Origin: Patescibacteria group bacterium
GTDB taxonomy: Bacteria; Patescibacteriota; Patescibacteriia; PEXW01
Direction of reading: 5' to 3'
NCBI GenBank assembly: GCA_041738495.1
Contig: JBGSPR010000011.1
Span: 1,495-65,494, forward strand
DNA: 64,000 nucleotides
Shown here: positions 36,111-45,369 of the stretch, piece after piece
Layout: each line of letters opens with the position of its first letter
How positions within the stretch are numbered: position 1 is the first letter of the stretch
Notes under the pieces: model-generated
The model's database searches: none
The model's input: the letters and a program-made list of their open reading frames with translations, nothing else
What the model was told of the DNA's origin: nothing
Program-made: the position numbers and the translations under genes

Positions 36111-37496
36111 CTACTCGTTACGCGCCGCATCCAACCGCTCACCGAGTGGGTGGAGTGACGCAACGCGCTCTGAAATAATGAGCACGTTCTTCATCTTGTA
36201 CCCGAGCTGGTTGAAGAGCTCACGTGAGGGAATGCCGCGCCGCTGGCCGTTGGAAATAACGCTAATTCCTCCCTCACCCTGTATGCGTACCAGTTCACCA
36301 TCGCGGAGGGTGAGCGGGTCACCCTTCGCGTAGCTCAGGAGCTCGCTATTGGTGATGGTTATTGTTGGCTTTCGATTTGGAAAACGTGAGCGGAGAATAG
36401 CGCGGTCGAGGATGGGGTGCCACACGCCTTGCTCTATCCATACCACAGCACCGTTCTCTTTGACGCGTACCAGGGCTCCGGCTGGGTAGGCATTCGTATT
36501 CGAAATCTGCACACCATCGAGGTAGCCAGCGAGATCTTCAGCACTCACGTCAATAACTTCTTCTGGGTTGAACCCTAAGTTACGAAATACCTCGGCGTCT
36601 TGAATGAGTCGCTTCTCATCGCCACTGAGGAGGTAGGTGTTGCCATCGGGCGTTCGCACGAGTGAGTAATTCGGTAGCGTTAGGTCTGCTCCGCGCGGGT
36701 ACTGCTCGAGGGCATCAGTAGTTATGTTGAGGATTTTCGTGTAGTCTCCAAAGCGTGTCAGGAAAGCGGAGCGGGTTTGTATTGCACGTCGCATGCCGTT
36801 CTGTACCAGCCAGATCGTTCCCTTGCTGCCAACTCGAACGAGGGATCCATCTGGGTAGAGTTTGCTGAACCAACCTGTGTAGAAGGTGTAGAAGTTGTAG
36901 TTTCCGTTGTAGACGTGCGGAGTGTAGTTGAAGAGCGCAGCTGTCGCCTGGTTCTGGATGCTCACCGTCGTGGTTCGGCTGCTACCGAGATCACTGAAGG
37001 TGTAGGTGCCACCTGCGACGTAGCTGTAGCGACCGGGGTAGTCCAGGTACTGGCGGAACTGCCAGGTTGCAAAATCCATTTGTCGGTAGAAGCCGGCGGC
37101 TTTCCCACTACAACCCCCACTATCAGGGCACCCGTACCCCATAGCGTAGTCAAAGGCTCGCTGCGATGGCGACTTGTGCGTCAGCAAACTCTGCTCTTTC
37201 TGGAGCGTGACGAGGATGACTTTTGGGTTTATCGTGTACAGCCGGGCAATTTCTACAATGGCATCGCTCACTGATTTGCTCACCCCGTTGAAGTCCTGGA
37301 TGGTTTTGTTCGTCAACGTTCCGCCACGGCGCGAGAGGAAGAGCTGGACGTCTGCCGCGGTCATGCTCGTGCTCGCAGTAAACTCCTGGTCTGAAATAAT
37401 CATACCAGGGGTAAATGCAGCATTCGTGATGAACGGCACACTCAGTCCGACCGTCGCCGTGATGAGCAGGAGTGCCCCGCGGGAGCGGTTACGCAT
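36111..37496 (-). CDS. Secreted hypothetical protein: N-terminal lysozyme-like (lytic transglycosylase/glucosaminidase-like helix motif) region plus four C-terminal ~45-aa repeats
   Basis: Signal peptide; IVEIARLYTINPKVILVTLQKEQSLL resembles SLT/glucosaminidase substrate-binding helix; repeats G.LVR...G.IWLV.NG.RR.I (x4) could be cell-wall-binding modules. Confidence 0.5.
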   Translation of the reverse strand: MRNRSRGALLLITATVGLSVPFITNAAFTPGMIISDQEFTASTSMTAADVQLFLSRRGGTLTNKTIQDFNGVSKSVSDAIVEIARLYTINPKVILVTLQKEQSLLTHKSPSQRAFDYAMGYGCPDSGGCSGKAAGFYRQMDFATWQFRQYLDYPGRYSYVAGGTYTFSDLGSSRTTTVSIQNQATAALFNYTPHVYNGNYNFYTFYTGWFSKLYPDGSLVRVGSKGTIWLVQNGMRRAIQTRSAFLTRFGDYTKILNITTDALEQYPRGADLTLPNYSLVRTPDGNTYLLSGDEKRLIQDAEVFRNLGFNPEEVIDVSAEDLAGYLDGVQISNTNAYPAGALVRVKENGAVVWIEQGVWHPILDRAILRSRFPNRKPTITITNSELLSYAKGDPLTLRDGELVRIQGEGGISVISNGQRRGIPSRELFNQLGYKMKNVLIISERVASLHPLGERLDAARNE

Positions 37497-37579
37497 AGCT
37501 TTTGGATACTACCACATCCAGAGAACGCGTGCAAGCCAGTTACCTTGCCACTGCGCGGAAAACAGCGCATAGTGCACGC

Positions 37580-38281
37580 ATGCAGCGCATTACGTACCGC
37601 ACGCTCCGCATAGACACTGGGACTGCAGCCGAAGCACGCGAGCGCGTCCTCGCGCTCATCCGTAGTTCTACGCCGCAGCAGGTTATTACCGTTAACCCTG
37701 AGTACGTCGTACTCGCGGTGCATCACCCAGAACTTGCTGAGCTCACCCAACGCGCAGGCTTGGTCGTTGTGGACGGCATTGGTCTTGCTTGGGCACTTCG
37801 GAAGTACGGTCCGTGCGAACGCTACGCTGGTGCTGACATGGTAGTGGATCTCTGTACGGAAGCTGCAGCACGGCACCTCCGAGTGGGTGTCGTGGTTCCA
37901 GTGGGCGGTCTCTCTCACCCCGATGTTGTTGTGCGAGCACTGCAGCAGCAATTTCCTGGTCTTACGTGTGCGGCATGGGTGCGAACAGGTGAGGTTACTG
38001 CTGCAGTTCGTGCATTCCAACCGCAGATCCTGTTCGTCGCACTCGGTCAACCAGAGCAAGATACGTGGATTGCTACACATGCAGCAGAGCTCGCGGGGAC
38101 TTCTGTACTCGTCGGTGTTGGAGGCGCTATTGACTTCCTCACCGGCGCGCGCCGTCGAGCGCCTCGATTCTTGCGGCGTCTTGGTTTAGAATGGGGATGG
38201 CGCATGTGCACGCAGCCTTGGCGCCTTCCTCGCATTATTCGTGCCACCTTTGGTTTCTGGTACACCATACTCTTCCGATGA
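37580..38281 (+). CDS. WecB/TagA/CpsF-family (GT26) glycosyltransferase
   Basis: Start MQRITYRTLRIDTGT at ATG 37580; GT26 motifs; ATGA overlap with the gltX start. Confidence 0.75.
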   Translation: MQRITYRTLRIDTGTAAEARERVLALIRSSTPQQVITVNPEYVVLAVHHPELAELTQRAGLVVVDGIGLAWALRKYGPCERYAGADMVVDLCTEAAARHLRVGVVVPVGGLSHPDVVVRALQQQFPGLTCAAWVRTGEVTAAVRAFQPQILFVALGQPEQDTWIATHAAELAGTSVLVGVGGAIDFLTGARRRAPRFLRRLGLEWGWRMCTQPWRLPRIIRATFGFWYTILFR

Positions 38282-39729
38282 CCCCAATCCGCGTACGTTT
38301 CGCACCCTCGCCAACAGGCCGCCTGCACATAGGTGGCTTGCGTAGTGCGCTGTACAACTACCTCTTCGCGAAGAAGCAGCATGGTACGTTCGTGCTGCGC
38401 ATTGAGGATACCGACCAAAAACGTACTGTACCCGGGGCAGTTGAAGACATTGTTGATGGTTTACATGCGTACGGATTGATCCCTGATGAGGGTTTCGTTC
38501 GGGAGAGCGGTGCACTCGTGGAGCGAGGGAGCTACGGTCCGTACGTCCAGTCCAAGCGTCTTCACCTGTACCGTAGCGCAGCAGAAACGCTCGTCGAGCA
38601 GGGGAGAGCGTACCCATGCTTTTGCACACCAGAACGTCTCGCAGCGCTACGCGCGCAGCAGGAAGCCCAGCACCTACCACCCGGGTACGATGGTGCTTGC
38701 CGATCGATCACACCTGCAGAGGCAGAACAGCGACAGCAGGCAGGGGAGCCGCACGTCATTCGCTTTCGCGTACCAACCGACGGCGCAACAACTTCGCACG
38801 ACCTCGTACGAGGTGACGTAACTTTTCGGCACGCAACTCTAGAGGATGCAGTTCTCTTGAAAACTGATGGCTTTCCAACGTACCACTTGGCGAACGTCGT
38901 AGACGACCATGCAATGGCAATTTCCCATGTCATTCGAGCCGAAGAATGGCTCCCGTCTCTGCCACTCCACCTCTTGCTCTACCAAGCGTTCGGCTGGCAA
39001 GCCCCAGCGTACGCCCACCTCCCACTCGTCCTCGGGCCAACGCGGAAGAAGCTCTCGAAACGTGATGGCGATACAGCAGCAACGGACTACCTCGCTGTCT
39101 ACTTGCCAAGTGCGGTGCTGAACTTCATTGCCCTCCTGGGTTGGAACCCGAAGACAGAGCGTGAGTTCTACCACACGCTACCCGAACTCGTTGAGGATTT
39201 TGATATTGCCAAGGTGAATACGTCGGGAGCAATATTCGATGTGAAGAAACTGGAACACCTCCACCGCCTGCACTTGCGTGCCACGGCGCCAGAGCGCATT
39301 GCCCAGGCAGCGCATCTGCCGTTGCGCGAGGATGAAGCACGCCGGTACATTCCATTGGTTATTGACCGTGCAGTTAAGCTCACCGACCTTGAGCCTGCGC
39401 TCACCTATCTCACAGGTAATTGTCCAATGTACGACGCGTCCCTCCTCATTCCAAAGCAGGGGAGTGCCGAGCACACCAGCGCTCGGCTGCGCGCAGTGCT
39501 TGAGTGGCTGAGTGCACTCTCGGATGCGTACTGGGAAAGCAGCGCGAGTATGCGCGAGCAATGCATTGCGTGGATTGCCGAGAAACGTTGGACGAACCAA
39601 GAAGTACTGTGGCCATTTCGTGTTGCGCTTACTGGTTCTCGCACAAGTCCAGACGTCTTCGACAGCGCAGCCGCCTTGGGCAAGGAGCGAACTCTCCAAC
39701 GGCTGCAGGAAGCAATTGCAAAGTTCTGA
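38278..39729 (+). CDS. gltX: Glutamyl-tRNA synthetase
   Basis: Start MTPIRVRFAPSPTGRLHIGG (HIGH motif); KLSKR (KMSKS) motif present. Confidence 0.9.
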   Translation: MTPIRVRFAPSPTGRLHIGGLRSALYNYLFAKKQHGTFVLRIEDTDQKRTVPGAVEDIVDGLHAYGLIPDEGFVRESGALVERGSYGPYVQSKRLHLYRSAAETLVEQGRAYPCFCTPERLAALRAQQEAQHLPPGYDGACRSITPAEAEQRQQAGEPHVIRFRVPTDGATTSHDLVRGDVTFRHATLEDAVLLKTDGFPTYHLANVVDDHAMAISHVIRAEEWLPSLPLHLLLYQAFGWQAPAYAHLPLVLGPTRKKLSKRDGDTAATDYLAVYLPSAVLNFIALLGWNPKTEREFYHTLPELVEDFDIAKVNTSGAIFDVKKLEHLHRLHLRATAPERIAQAAHLPLREDEARRYIPLVIDRAVKLTDLEPALTYLTGNCPMYDASLLIPKQGSAEHTSARLRAVLEWLSALSDAYWESSASMREQCIAWIAEKRWTNQEVLWPFRVALTGSRTSPDVFDSAAALGKERTLQRLQEAIAKF

Positions 39730-39731
39730 AC

Positions 39732-39760
39732 TTGCAGAAGCCTGAAAAAAGTGCTATAGT
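39732..39760 (+). promoter_or_regulatory. Sigma70-like promoter TTGCAG-17-(TGc)TATAGT directly upstream of the M23 peptidase start (leaderless-type)
   Basis: TTGCAG 39732-37, TG 39752-53, TATAGT 39755-60; ATG at 39769 only 9 nt after the -10. Confidence 0.55.
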
Positions 39761-39768
39761 GTTGGCGT

Positions 39769-41037
39769 ATGGTGAAACAGAAAAACACACCGTGGCACTA
39801 CATTGGCCTAGCGCTGGTTGCCAGCGTCATTTTTGCATTCCCAACTACCGGCTTCCTCCAGCAGGACACAGTGGGTGAGGCAACGCCAACGACGAGCGAA
39901 GACATCCAACGGGCGATTGAGCAGAAGCAAGAACAGCAACGCCTGCTCCAGCAGCAAGCAGAGGAGTACCAGCGCGTTATTGCAGAGAAGCAGAAGGTGG
40001 CCGCGAGTTTGCAGAATGAACTCGAGCTCCTGGACGCGCAGGTGAGCAAGTCAGAATTGGACTTGCAAACCTTGGATTTCTCCATAGAGGAGAAGCGATT
40101 AGAAATTCTCGGTGCACAGAAGAGCATTGAGGAGACCCAGGGAGATATTGACCAGCAGCAGACCTACCTGGCAGACCTCGTACGAACTATGTACCGGTAC
40201 GACCAGAAAGACACACTAGAGCTCTTCGTCGTGCACAGTTCTTTTTCGGAAATTGTTCAGGACATTCGTGCTACGACATCGTTGGAGTACAAAGTACGCA
40301 GCGCCTTAGATACCGTGCAGGCGAAGAAGGCAAACCTCGAGCGTGAGAAGGCGGATCGCGAGCTACGCATGCGTGAGCTCGAATCACTGCAGGGTGAGGT
40401 TGAAGCAGCGACGCAGGCTCTGGAAGCACAGCAAGAGTACAAAACTACAATTCTCACAGATACCCGAGAAGACGAGCAGCAGTACAACCAGCTTCTCGAG
40501 CAATCGAAGCAGGAGCAGCTACGGGCGGACAGCGATATTCGTTTACTGCAAGAGCAAGCGCAAGCCAAGCTTGGCAATTCCCCTGGAGGCACGAACACAG
40601 ATGGCTCAACGTTTACCGGAAACCGTAACGTTCAACTGTCGTGGCCAGTCTCGCCCCTCAAAGGCATAAGCGCGTACTTCCATGATCCGAGCTACCCGTA
40701 CCGACGGTACTTCGAGCACCCAGCCATCGATATTCCAACTCCGCAGGGGACTGCTATTAGCGCCCCAGATGATGGGTACGTTGCGCGTGCGAAGAACGCC
40801 GGCCTAGGCTATAGCTACATTCTCATCGTCCATTCGAACAGCATTTCCACGGTCTTCGGCCACGTGAGTCAAATCAACGTCGCTGAGGATACTTTCGTCA
40901 AGAAAGGACAAATCATCGGTCGGTCAGGTGGCATGCCAGGAACCCCAGGTGCAGGCCGACTCACGACCGGGCCGCACTTGCACTTTGAAGTTCGATTGAA
41001 TGGTATTCCCGTAAACCCGCTGGACTACTTGCCGTGA
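39769..41037 (+). CDS. M23-family peptidoglycan metalloendopeptidase with N-terminal coiled-coil (EnvC-like)
   Basis: TM/signal, long coiled-coil (Q/E-rich), C-terminal LytM domain HPAIDIP...HLHFEV. Confidence 0.8.
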   Translation: MVKQKNTPWHYIGLALVASVIFAFPTTGFLQQDTVGEATPTTSEDIQRAIEQKQEQQRLLQQQAEEYQRVIAEKQKVAASLQNELELLDAQVSKSELDLQTLDFSIEEKRLEILGAQKSIEETQGDIDQQQTYLADLVRTMYRYDQKDTLELFVVHSSFSEIVQDIRATTSLEYKVRSALDTVQAKKANLEREKADRELRMRELESLQGEVEAATQALEAQQEYKTTILTDTREDEQQYNQLLEQSKQEQLRADSDIRLLQEQAQAKLGNSPGGTNTDGSTFTGNRNVQLSWPVSPLKGISAYFHDPSYPYRRYFEHPAIDIPTPQGTAISAPDDGYVARAKNAGLGYSYILIVHSNSISTVFGHVSQINVAEDTFVKKGQIIGRSGGMPGTPGAGRLTTGPHLHFEVRLNGIPVNPLDYLP

Positions 41038-41146
41038 GTAATAGGGAAGTTCTAGATACAGCCACGTTTGTTCATACTAATGAGTCGCACAATATATCTT
41101 AGGCGAATCAAAAGTACTATTACGGCTTTTTTCCCGCTCTCGTCGC

Positions 41147-41587
41147 CTACTTTAGGCTTATGAGTACGAACACGAGGATAGCCAGGTAAAACCCCTGTAT
41201 GGCCAATCCTGGGCCTCTAGAGACCTCCCACTGCGCGCGTTCATGGAGTGTGTAGAATGCGCGGAGTATCCGTGCCCACGGATCTTGCTTTTCAAATAAG
41301 GTAAGGAAGTCTGGAAGTGACGCCCAGCACACCCCCCAGAGAACCGACAACCACACCTCGGAAAACCAGAACATGAGGAGTCCAGTGACGAGAATAGTAC
41401 CAACCATATCTGGGCCGAAGGATACCCAAAAACCCCGTAGTGTTCGTTTCTGCGGTACGGGGAAGTTCCAGTGCGGAGTCGCATCGAGGAGTACATGTGT
41501 CGCAAAAGCAATTGGCGCGCTGAGTAGCGGTTGGTGCACGGCAATGCCGATGACTGCGCCGGTGACTGCGTGGAGGCTAAGGAGCAT
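41147..41587 (-). CDS. Small polytopic membrane protein, possibly YdjM-like metal-dependent membrane hydrolase family
   Basis: 146 aa, 4 predicted TM, HVLLDATPH motif; last gene of the alr-ftsQ-x minus-strand triplet. Confidence 0.4.
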   Translation of the reverse strand: MLLSLHAVTGAVIGIAVHQPLLSAPIAFATHVLLDATPHWNFPVPQKRTLRGFWVSFGPDMVGTILVTGLLMFWFSEVWLSVLWGVCWASLPDFLTLFEKQDPWARILRAFYTLHERAQWEVSRGPGLAIQGFYLAILVFVLISLK

Positions 41588-41589
41588 GG

Positions 41590-42402
41590 CTACTTGACGT
41601 ACACGCGAGAAGGAACGGTTACATCGACGTACTCCACTTTCGTGCCTTGAATTTTTTGGTCGTACGCTGTGGTGAGCGCACTCAACTGAGCGTCGTAGTC
41701 ACCCAAACGGTCGAGGATAATATCCCACTCCCCTGCTACGCGTAACCGAATGAGCGTGCTCGGCGGTGCGCTGAGCGTGACCGTGCGTACGCGTAACGCG
41801 TCATCACCCCGATCTGCAAGTGCGCGCGTGAAGGCTACGATGAATGACGCGTCCGCTGCAGACATAACCGTACTTCCCACTGGGAGTTGGTCTGTTGACG
41901 ACTCTAGGATGAGCTGCGGGATGCCGGGGGTCGCTTCTCGCGTGAGCGTAGACGCTACGCCCTGTCGATCAACGTTGATGAATCCGTCTGGACGCGCAAT
42001 CGTGAATGCTGGTTGTTCCTCGGCAATCACCAGGCGAATTGTGCCTGGCATGTGTTTCTGAATATCAACGCTGGAGAATAGCCACTTCTCGCGTAGGCGT
42101 CGCTCGTACGCCCGAGCATCGAATGCCCAGAGTGAGTCTTGTGAGAAGAAGAGCATCCAGCGTCCACGGAGTTGTGCCTTGGTTACGCTACGGAGCTCCT
42201 CAAGCGGGAGCGCGTACGTTCCCTGTACTTCGAGTGTGGTAATTTTCCACGTTGGCAGACCGTAGAGGCAGTACGCAAAGCCTCCGGCGAAGAGCACAAC
42301 CAGCACGGCAAGTACCCACCGGTGCCGCAGGAGCCATGACTCCTGTGCGTAGCTGGATGGTACTGGGTGGCGGTAGGTTTGACGACTACGGGTGAAACGC
42401 AT
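41590..42402 (-). CDS. ftsQ: Cell division protein FtsQ/DivIB (TM + POTRA)
   Basis: 270 aa; N-terminal TM LAVLVVLFAGGFAYCLY; POTRA-like ITTLEVQGTYALPLEEL...IRLVIAEEQPAF. Confidence 0.7.
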   Translation of the reverse strand: MRFTRSRQTYRHPVPSSYAQESWLLRHRWVLAVLVVLFAGGFAYCLYGLPTWKITTLEVQGTYALPLEELRSVTKAQLRGRWMLFFSQDSLWAFDARAYERRLREKWLFSSVDIQKHMPGTIRLVIAEEQPAFTIARPDGFINVDRQGVASTLTREATPGIPQLILESSTDQLPVGSTVMSAADASFIVAFTRALADRGDDALRVRTVTLSAPPSTLIRLRVAGEWDIILDRLGDYDAQLSALTTAYDQKIQGTKVEYVDVTVPSRVYVK

Positions 42403-42403
42403 G

Positions 42404-43525
42404 CTACGCAGTTACACGACGGGGAATGAGTGGGTTGAGTCTCGTGAGTACCTCGTAGGGAATTGTACCGCAAAGCCGTGCCAGCTCGCTTGCGGTTACG
42501 TGCGGGCCGATGAGCTCAACCATTGCACCTTCGTGAAGTCCTGGTGCCTTTGTGGCCTCCACCATTGTCAGGTTCATGCACACCCGGCCACGCACGGGTA
42601 AGCGGCGCGCACTCGCGTACACCACTCCACGGTTGGAGAGCGCTCGATCGTATCCATCCCAGTACCCTACGGGGAGGACAGCAATGCGGGCGGCTCCGCG
42701 AGTTCGGTAAGTTCGGTTATAGCCAATCGTCGTTCCCGCTGTCACGCGCTTGATTTGGATAACCCGCGTAGTCCAGGAAAGTGCGGGCGTGAGGGTGAAG
42801 TGTGGATACCGCGCTTGCACGCGACGTACATCTGCAACCGTATGAATGCCGTAGATTGACATGCCCACGCGCACCATGTCGAAGTGCGCGTCTGGATGGA
42901 CGAGAACTCCCGCAGAGCAATCCATGTGCTTGATGAGGCGGTGCCCGACTGCCACTTCAAGGCGTTTCGCGAGTGTCGCAAAACGTTCATGTTGGAGTTG
43001 CGAGAATTTCTGCCGTGCAGATTCAACTTCAGCAAAGTGACTGTACACCCCTTCGATGCTGAGGTTCGGGCAATGCCGAAGTTGCTCTACGACGTGCTGG
43101 AAATCTGTAGGGAGGAAACCGATGCGTGTTGTGCCAGTATCGAATTTCACGTGCACGAGAGCCTTCATTCTTGCACGTCTCGCTACCCGCTGGAGCCGTG
43201 CGAGGTCGCTCAATGTGTACGCAGGGAGACGAATGTTTGCGCGTATTGCGCGTCCGATGTGCCGATCGTCACCGTCGAGAATACTCAACACGAGAATTGA
43301 CTTCTTCGAGATCAGTTGGCGTACCTGGAGAGCCTCGGTTACCGATGCAACGCCAAACCAGTTTGCCCCAGCGCGCGCGAGGATTGGCGCACACTCCCCT
43401 ACTCCGTGCCCGTAGGCATTACTCTTTACTACTGCCATGAGCCGAACGCGCGGGCCGATGACGCGTCGAAAAGCGCGCACGTTGCGCGTGAGCGCCGAAC
43501 GCGAAATGCGAATTTCAGAAAGCAT
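42404..43525 (-). CDS. alr: Alanine racemase
   Basis: PLP-binding AVVKSNAYGHG motif; 373 aa. Confidence 0.88.
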   Translation of the reverse strand: MLSEIRISRSALTRNVRAFRRVIGPRVRLMAVVKSNAYGHGVGECAPILARAGANWFGVASVTEALQVRQLISKKSILVLSILDGDDRHIGRAIRANIRLPAYTLSDLARLQRVARRARMKALVHVKFDTGTTRIGFLPTDFQHVVEQLRHCPNLSIEGVYSHFAEVESARQKFSQLQHERFATLAKRLEVAVGHRLIKHMDCSAGVLVHPDAHFDMVRVGMSIYGIHTVADVRRVQARYPHFTLTPALSWTTRVIQIKRVTAGTTIGYNRTYRTRGAARIAVLPVGYWDGYDRALSNRGVVYASARRLPVRGRVCMNLTMVEATKAPGLHEGAMVELIGPHVTASELARLCGTIPYEVLTRLNPLIPRRVTA

Positions 43526-43535
43526 GCAGCAACGC

Positions 43536-44804
43536 TTAGGCTATGCGAATGTCGGTCAGCCCGTGCATGAATGGCTGCAGCACGCTGGGTACGCGCACAG
43601 AGCCATCAGCCTGCTGGTAGTTTTCCAGAATAGCAATAATTGTACGGCCAATTGCAAACGCGGTGCCGTTGAGTAAGTGCGCGATGCCATTCTTCCCATC
43701 CTTGCCTTTCACCCGAATGTTCAACGCGCGCGCTTGGTAGTCTGTCGTGTTCGAGGTGGAGTGCGTCTCTCGGTACTCACCCGCACCACCATTCTGCCCA
43801 GGCAACCAGCACTCGATGTCGTAGGTTTTTGCTGACGGGAAGCCCAAGTCGCCGGTGCAGAGCTGCACGACGCGGTACGGAAGTTCAAGCCCAGCGACGA
43901 GCTTCTCCTGCATGGCGAGGAGCTCCTGGTGGAGCGCCTCAGACTGCTCTGGGGCTGCCACGACGAACATTTCCACTTTATCAAATTGGTGCACGCGGAG
44001 TATGCCCTTCGTATCCTTGCCGTAACTGCCGGCTTCCCGACGGAAACAGGTTGAAAAGGCTGCGTACTTCTTTGGTGCCTCGCTTTCGGGGATAATCTCA
44101 TCTGCGTAGTACGGCCCTACTGATTGCTCAGATGTGCCAACCAGGTACTGCTTGTCTTTCTCTAGACGGTACACTTCTTCCTCACCACCTTGAGAGAGGT
44201 ACCCCATTGCTTCCATGTACTGCTCGTTGATGATGACTGGTGGGACAACAGCAATGAAGCCGGCTTTAGTGAGTTCACGCATGGCGTACTGCACCAGGGC
44301 AAACTCGAGAAGTGCGCCCGCGCCTTTGAGGTAGCCAAAACGACTACCAGAAACTTTTGCCCCGCGAGGCATGTCGATAATGTCAAGTTTTTCAGCGAGT
44401 GTGAGGTAGTCCTGTGGTCGCGCGATACTTCGTTTCTCACCAACCTCGCGTAACGTGACGTTCTCACGAGCCTCTTTCCCTACTGGCACATCGGGCAGAG
44501 GAATGTTCGGTAGTGATTGCAAGCGTCCATGGATAGTTTCTTCAGCGGCTTTCACGTGAGATTTCATTTCAGCCACCTCATTCGACAGTACCTTGAGCTG
44601 AGCAATTACTTCTTTCTCATGCGATTTTGATTTGCTTGCGGCATTGAGCGTTGCTTGTTTTTCCTCAAGTTTTCGCTGCATGTCGGCTGCACTCTGTAGC
44701 AGTGAGAGAATGCTCTCTGCTTCTCGTGCAAACTTCTCTCCTCGATTGGAAAGTCCATGGAGAACAGAATCTCGATTGGTGAGCATGTTCTTACGGTCGA
44801 GCAT
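43536..44804 (-). CDS. serS: Seryl-tRNA synthetase
   Basis: N-terminal coiled-coil arm and class II core motifs (FRRE, GLELPYR...). Confidence 0.92.
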   Translation of the reverse strand: MLDRKNMLTNRDSVLHGLSNRGEKFAREAESILSLLQSAADMQRKLEEKQATLNAASKSKSHEKEVIAQLKVLSNEVAEMKSHVKAAEETIHGRLQSLPNIPLPDVPVGKEARENVTLREVGEKRSIARPQDYLTLAEKLDIIDMPRGAKVSGSRFGYLKGAGALLEFALVQYAMRELTKAGFIAVVPPVIINEQYMEAMGYLSQGGEEEVYRLEKDKQYLVGTSEQSVGPYYADEIIPESEAPKKYAAFSTCFRREAGSYGKDTKGILRVHQFDKVEMFVVAAPEQSEALHQELLAMQEKLVAGLELPYRVVQLCTGDLGFPSAKTYDIECWLPGQNGGAGEYRETHSTSNTTDYQARALNIRVKGKDGKNGIAHLLNGTAFAIGRTIIAILENYQQADGSVRVPSVLQPFMHGLTDIRIA

Positions 44805-44808
44805 ACGT

Positions 44809-45369
44809 TTACAAACCTAGTTGATCAGAAATTTCTTGGAGCGCAGTGAGAACCATGTGGACGTGCTGTTCGAGCGGGATGCCCAGCTCCTCGGCACCTT
44901 GGAGAATTTCCTCGCGATGCACTTGGCGCGCAAAGGCTTTGTCTTTCATCTTCTTCACGACAGATTCGACCGTAACCTCGGCGAGCTTCCTGTTCGGCCG
45001 CACCAGGGCAACTGCGACGATGAACCCAGCAAGCTCGTCTACTGCAAATATGCACTTCTTCGCTCGCGTATCGCGCGGGGTATTCGTGTGCGCAGCGTGC
45101 GCGAGTACAGTGGCAATGAACTCGTCTGGGTAACCCTTCTGCTTGAGTTCGGCTGCGCCTTTGTATGGGTGATCCTGAAGTGTTGGGTAGCGTTCGTAGT
45201 CGAAGTCATGGAGCAACCCCACTTGACCCCAGAACTCCTCGTCCTCTCCGTAGTGTCTGGCGTAGGCACGCATTGCCGCTTCCACAGCGAGCATGTGCTT
45301 GCGCAAGTTTGGATTGCTCACCCACGCTTCGAGCAGTGCGTAGCTCTCGGCCCGAGTTGGGAGGTTCAT
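44809..45369 (-). CDS. HD-domain phosphohydrolase (HDIG-like)
   Basis: 186 aa with LLHDFDY HD motif; located between serS and lysS. Confidence 0.65.
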   Translation of the reverse strand: MNLPTRAESYALLEAWVSNPNLRKHMLAVEAAMRAYARHYGEDEEFWGQVGLLHDFDYERYPTLQDHPYKGAAELKQKGYPDEFIATVLAHAAHTNTPRDTRAKKCIFAVDELAGFIVAVALVRPNRKLAEVTVESVVKKMKDKAFARQVHREEILQGAEELGIPLEQHVHMVLTALQEISDQLGL

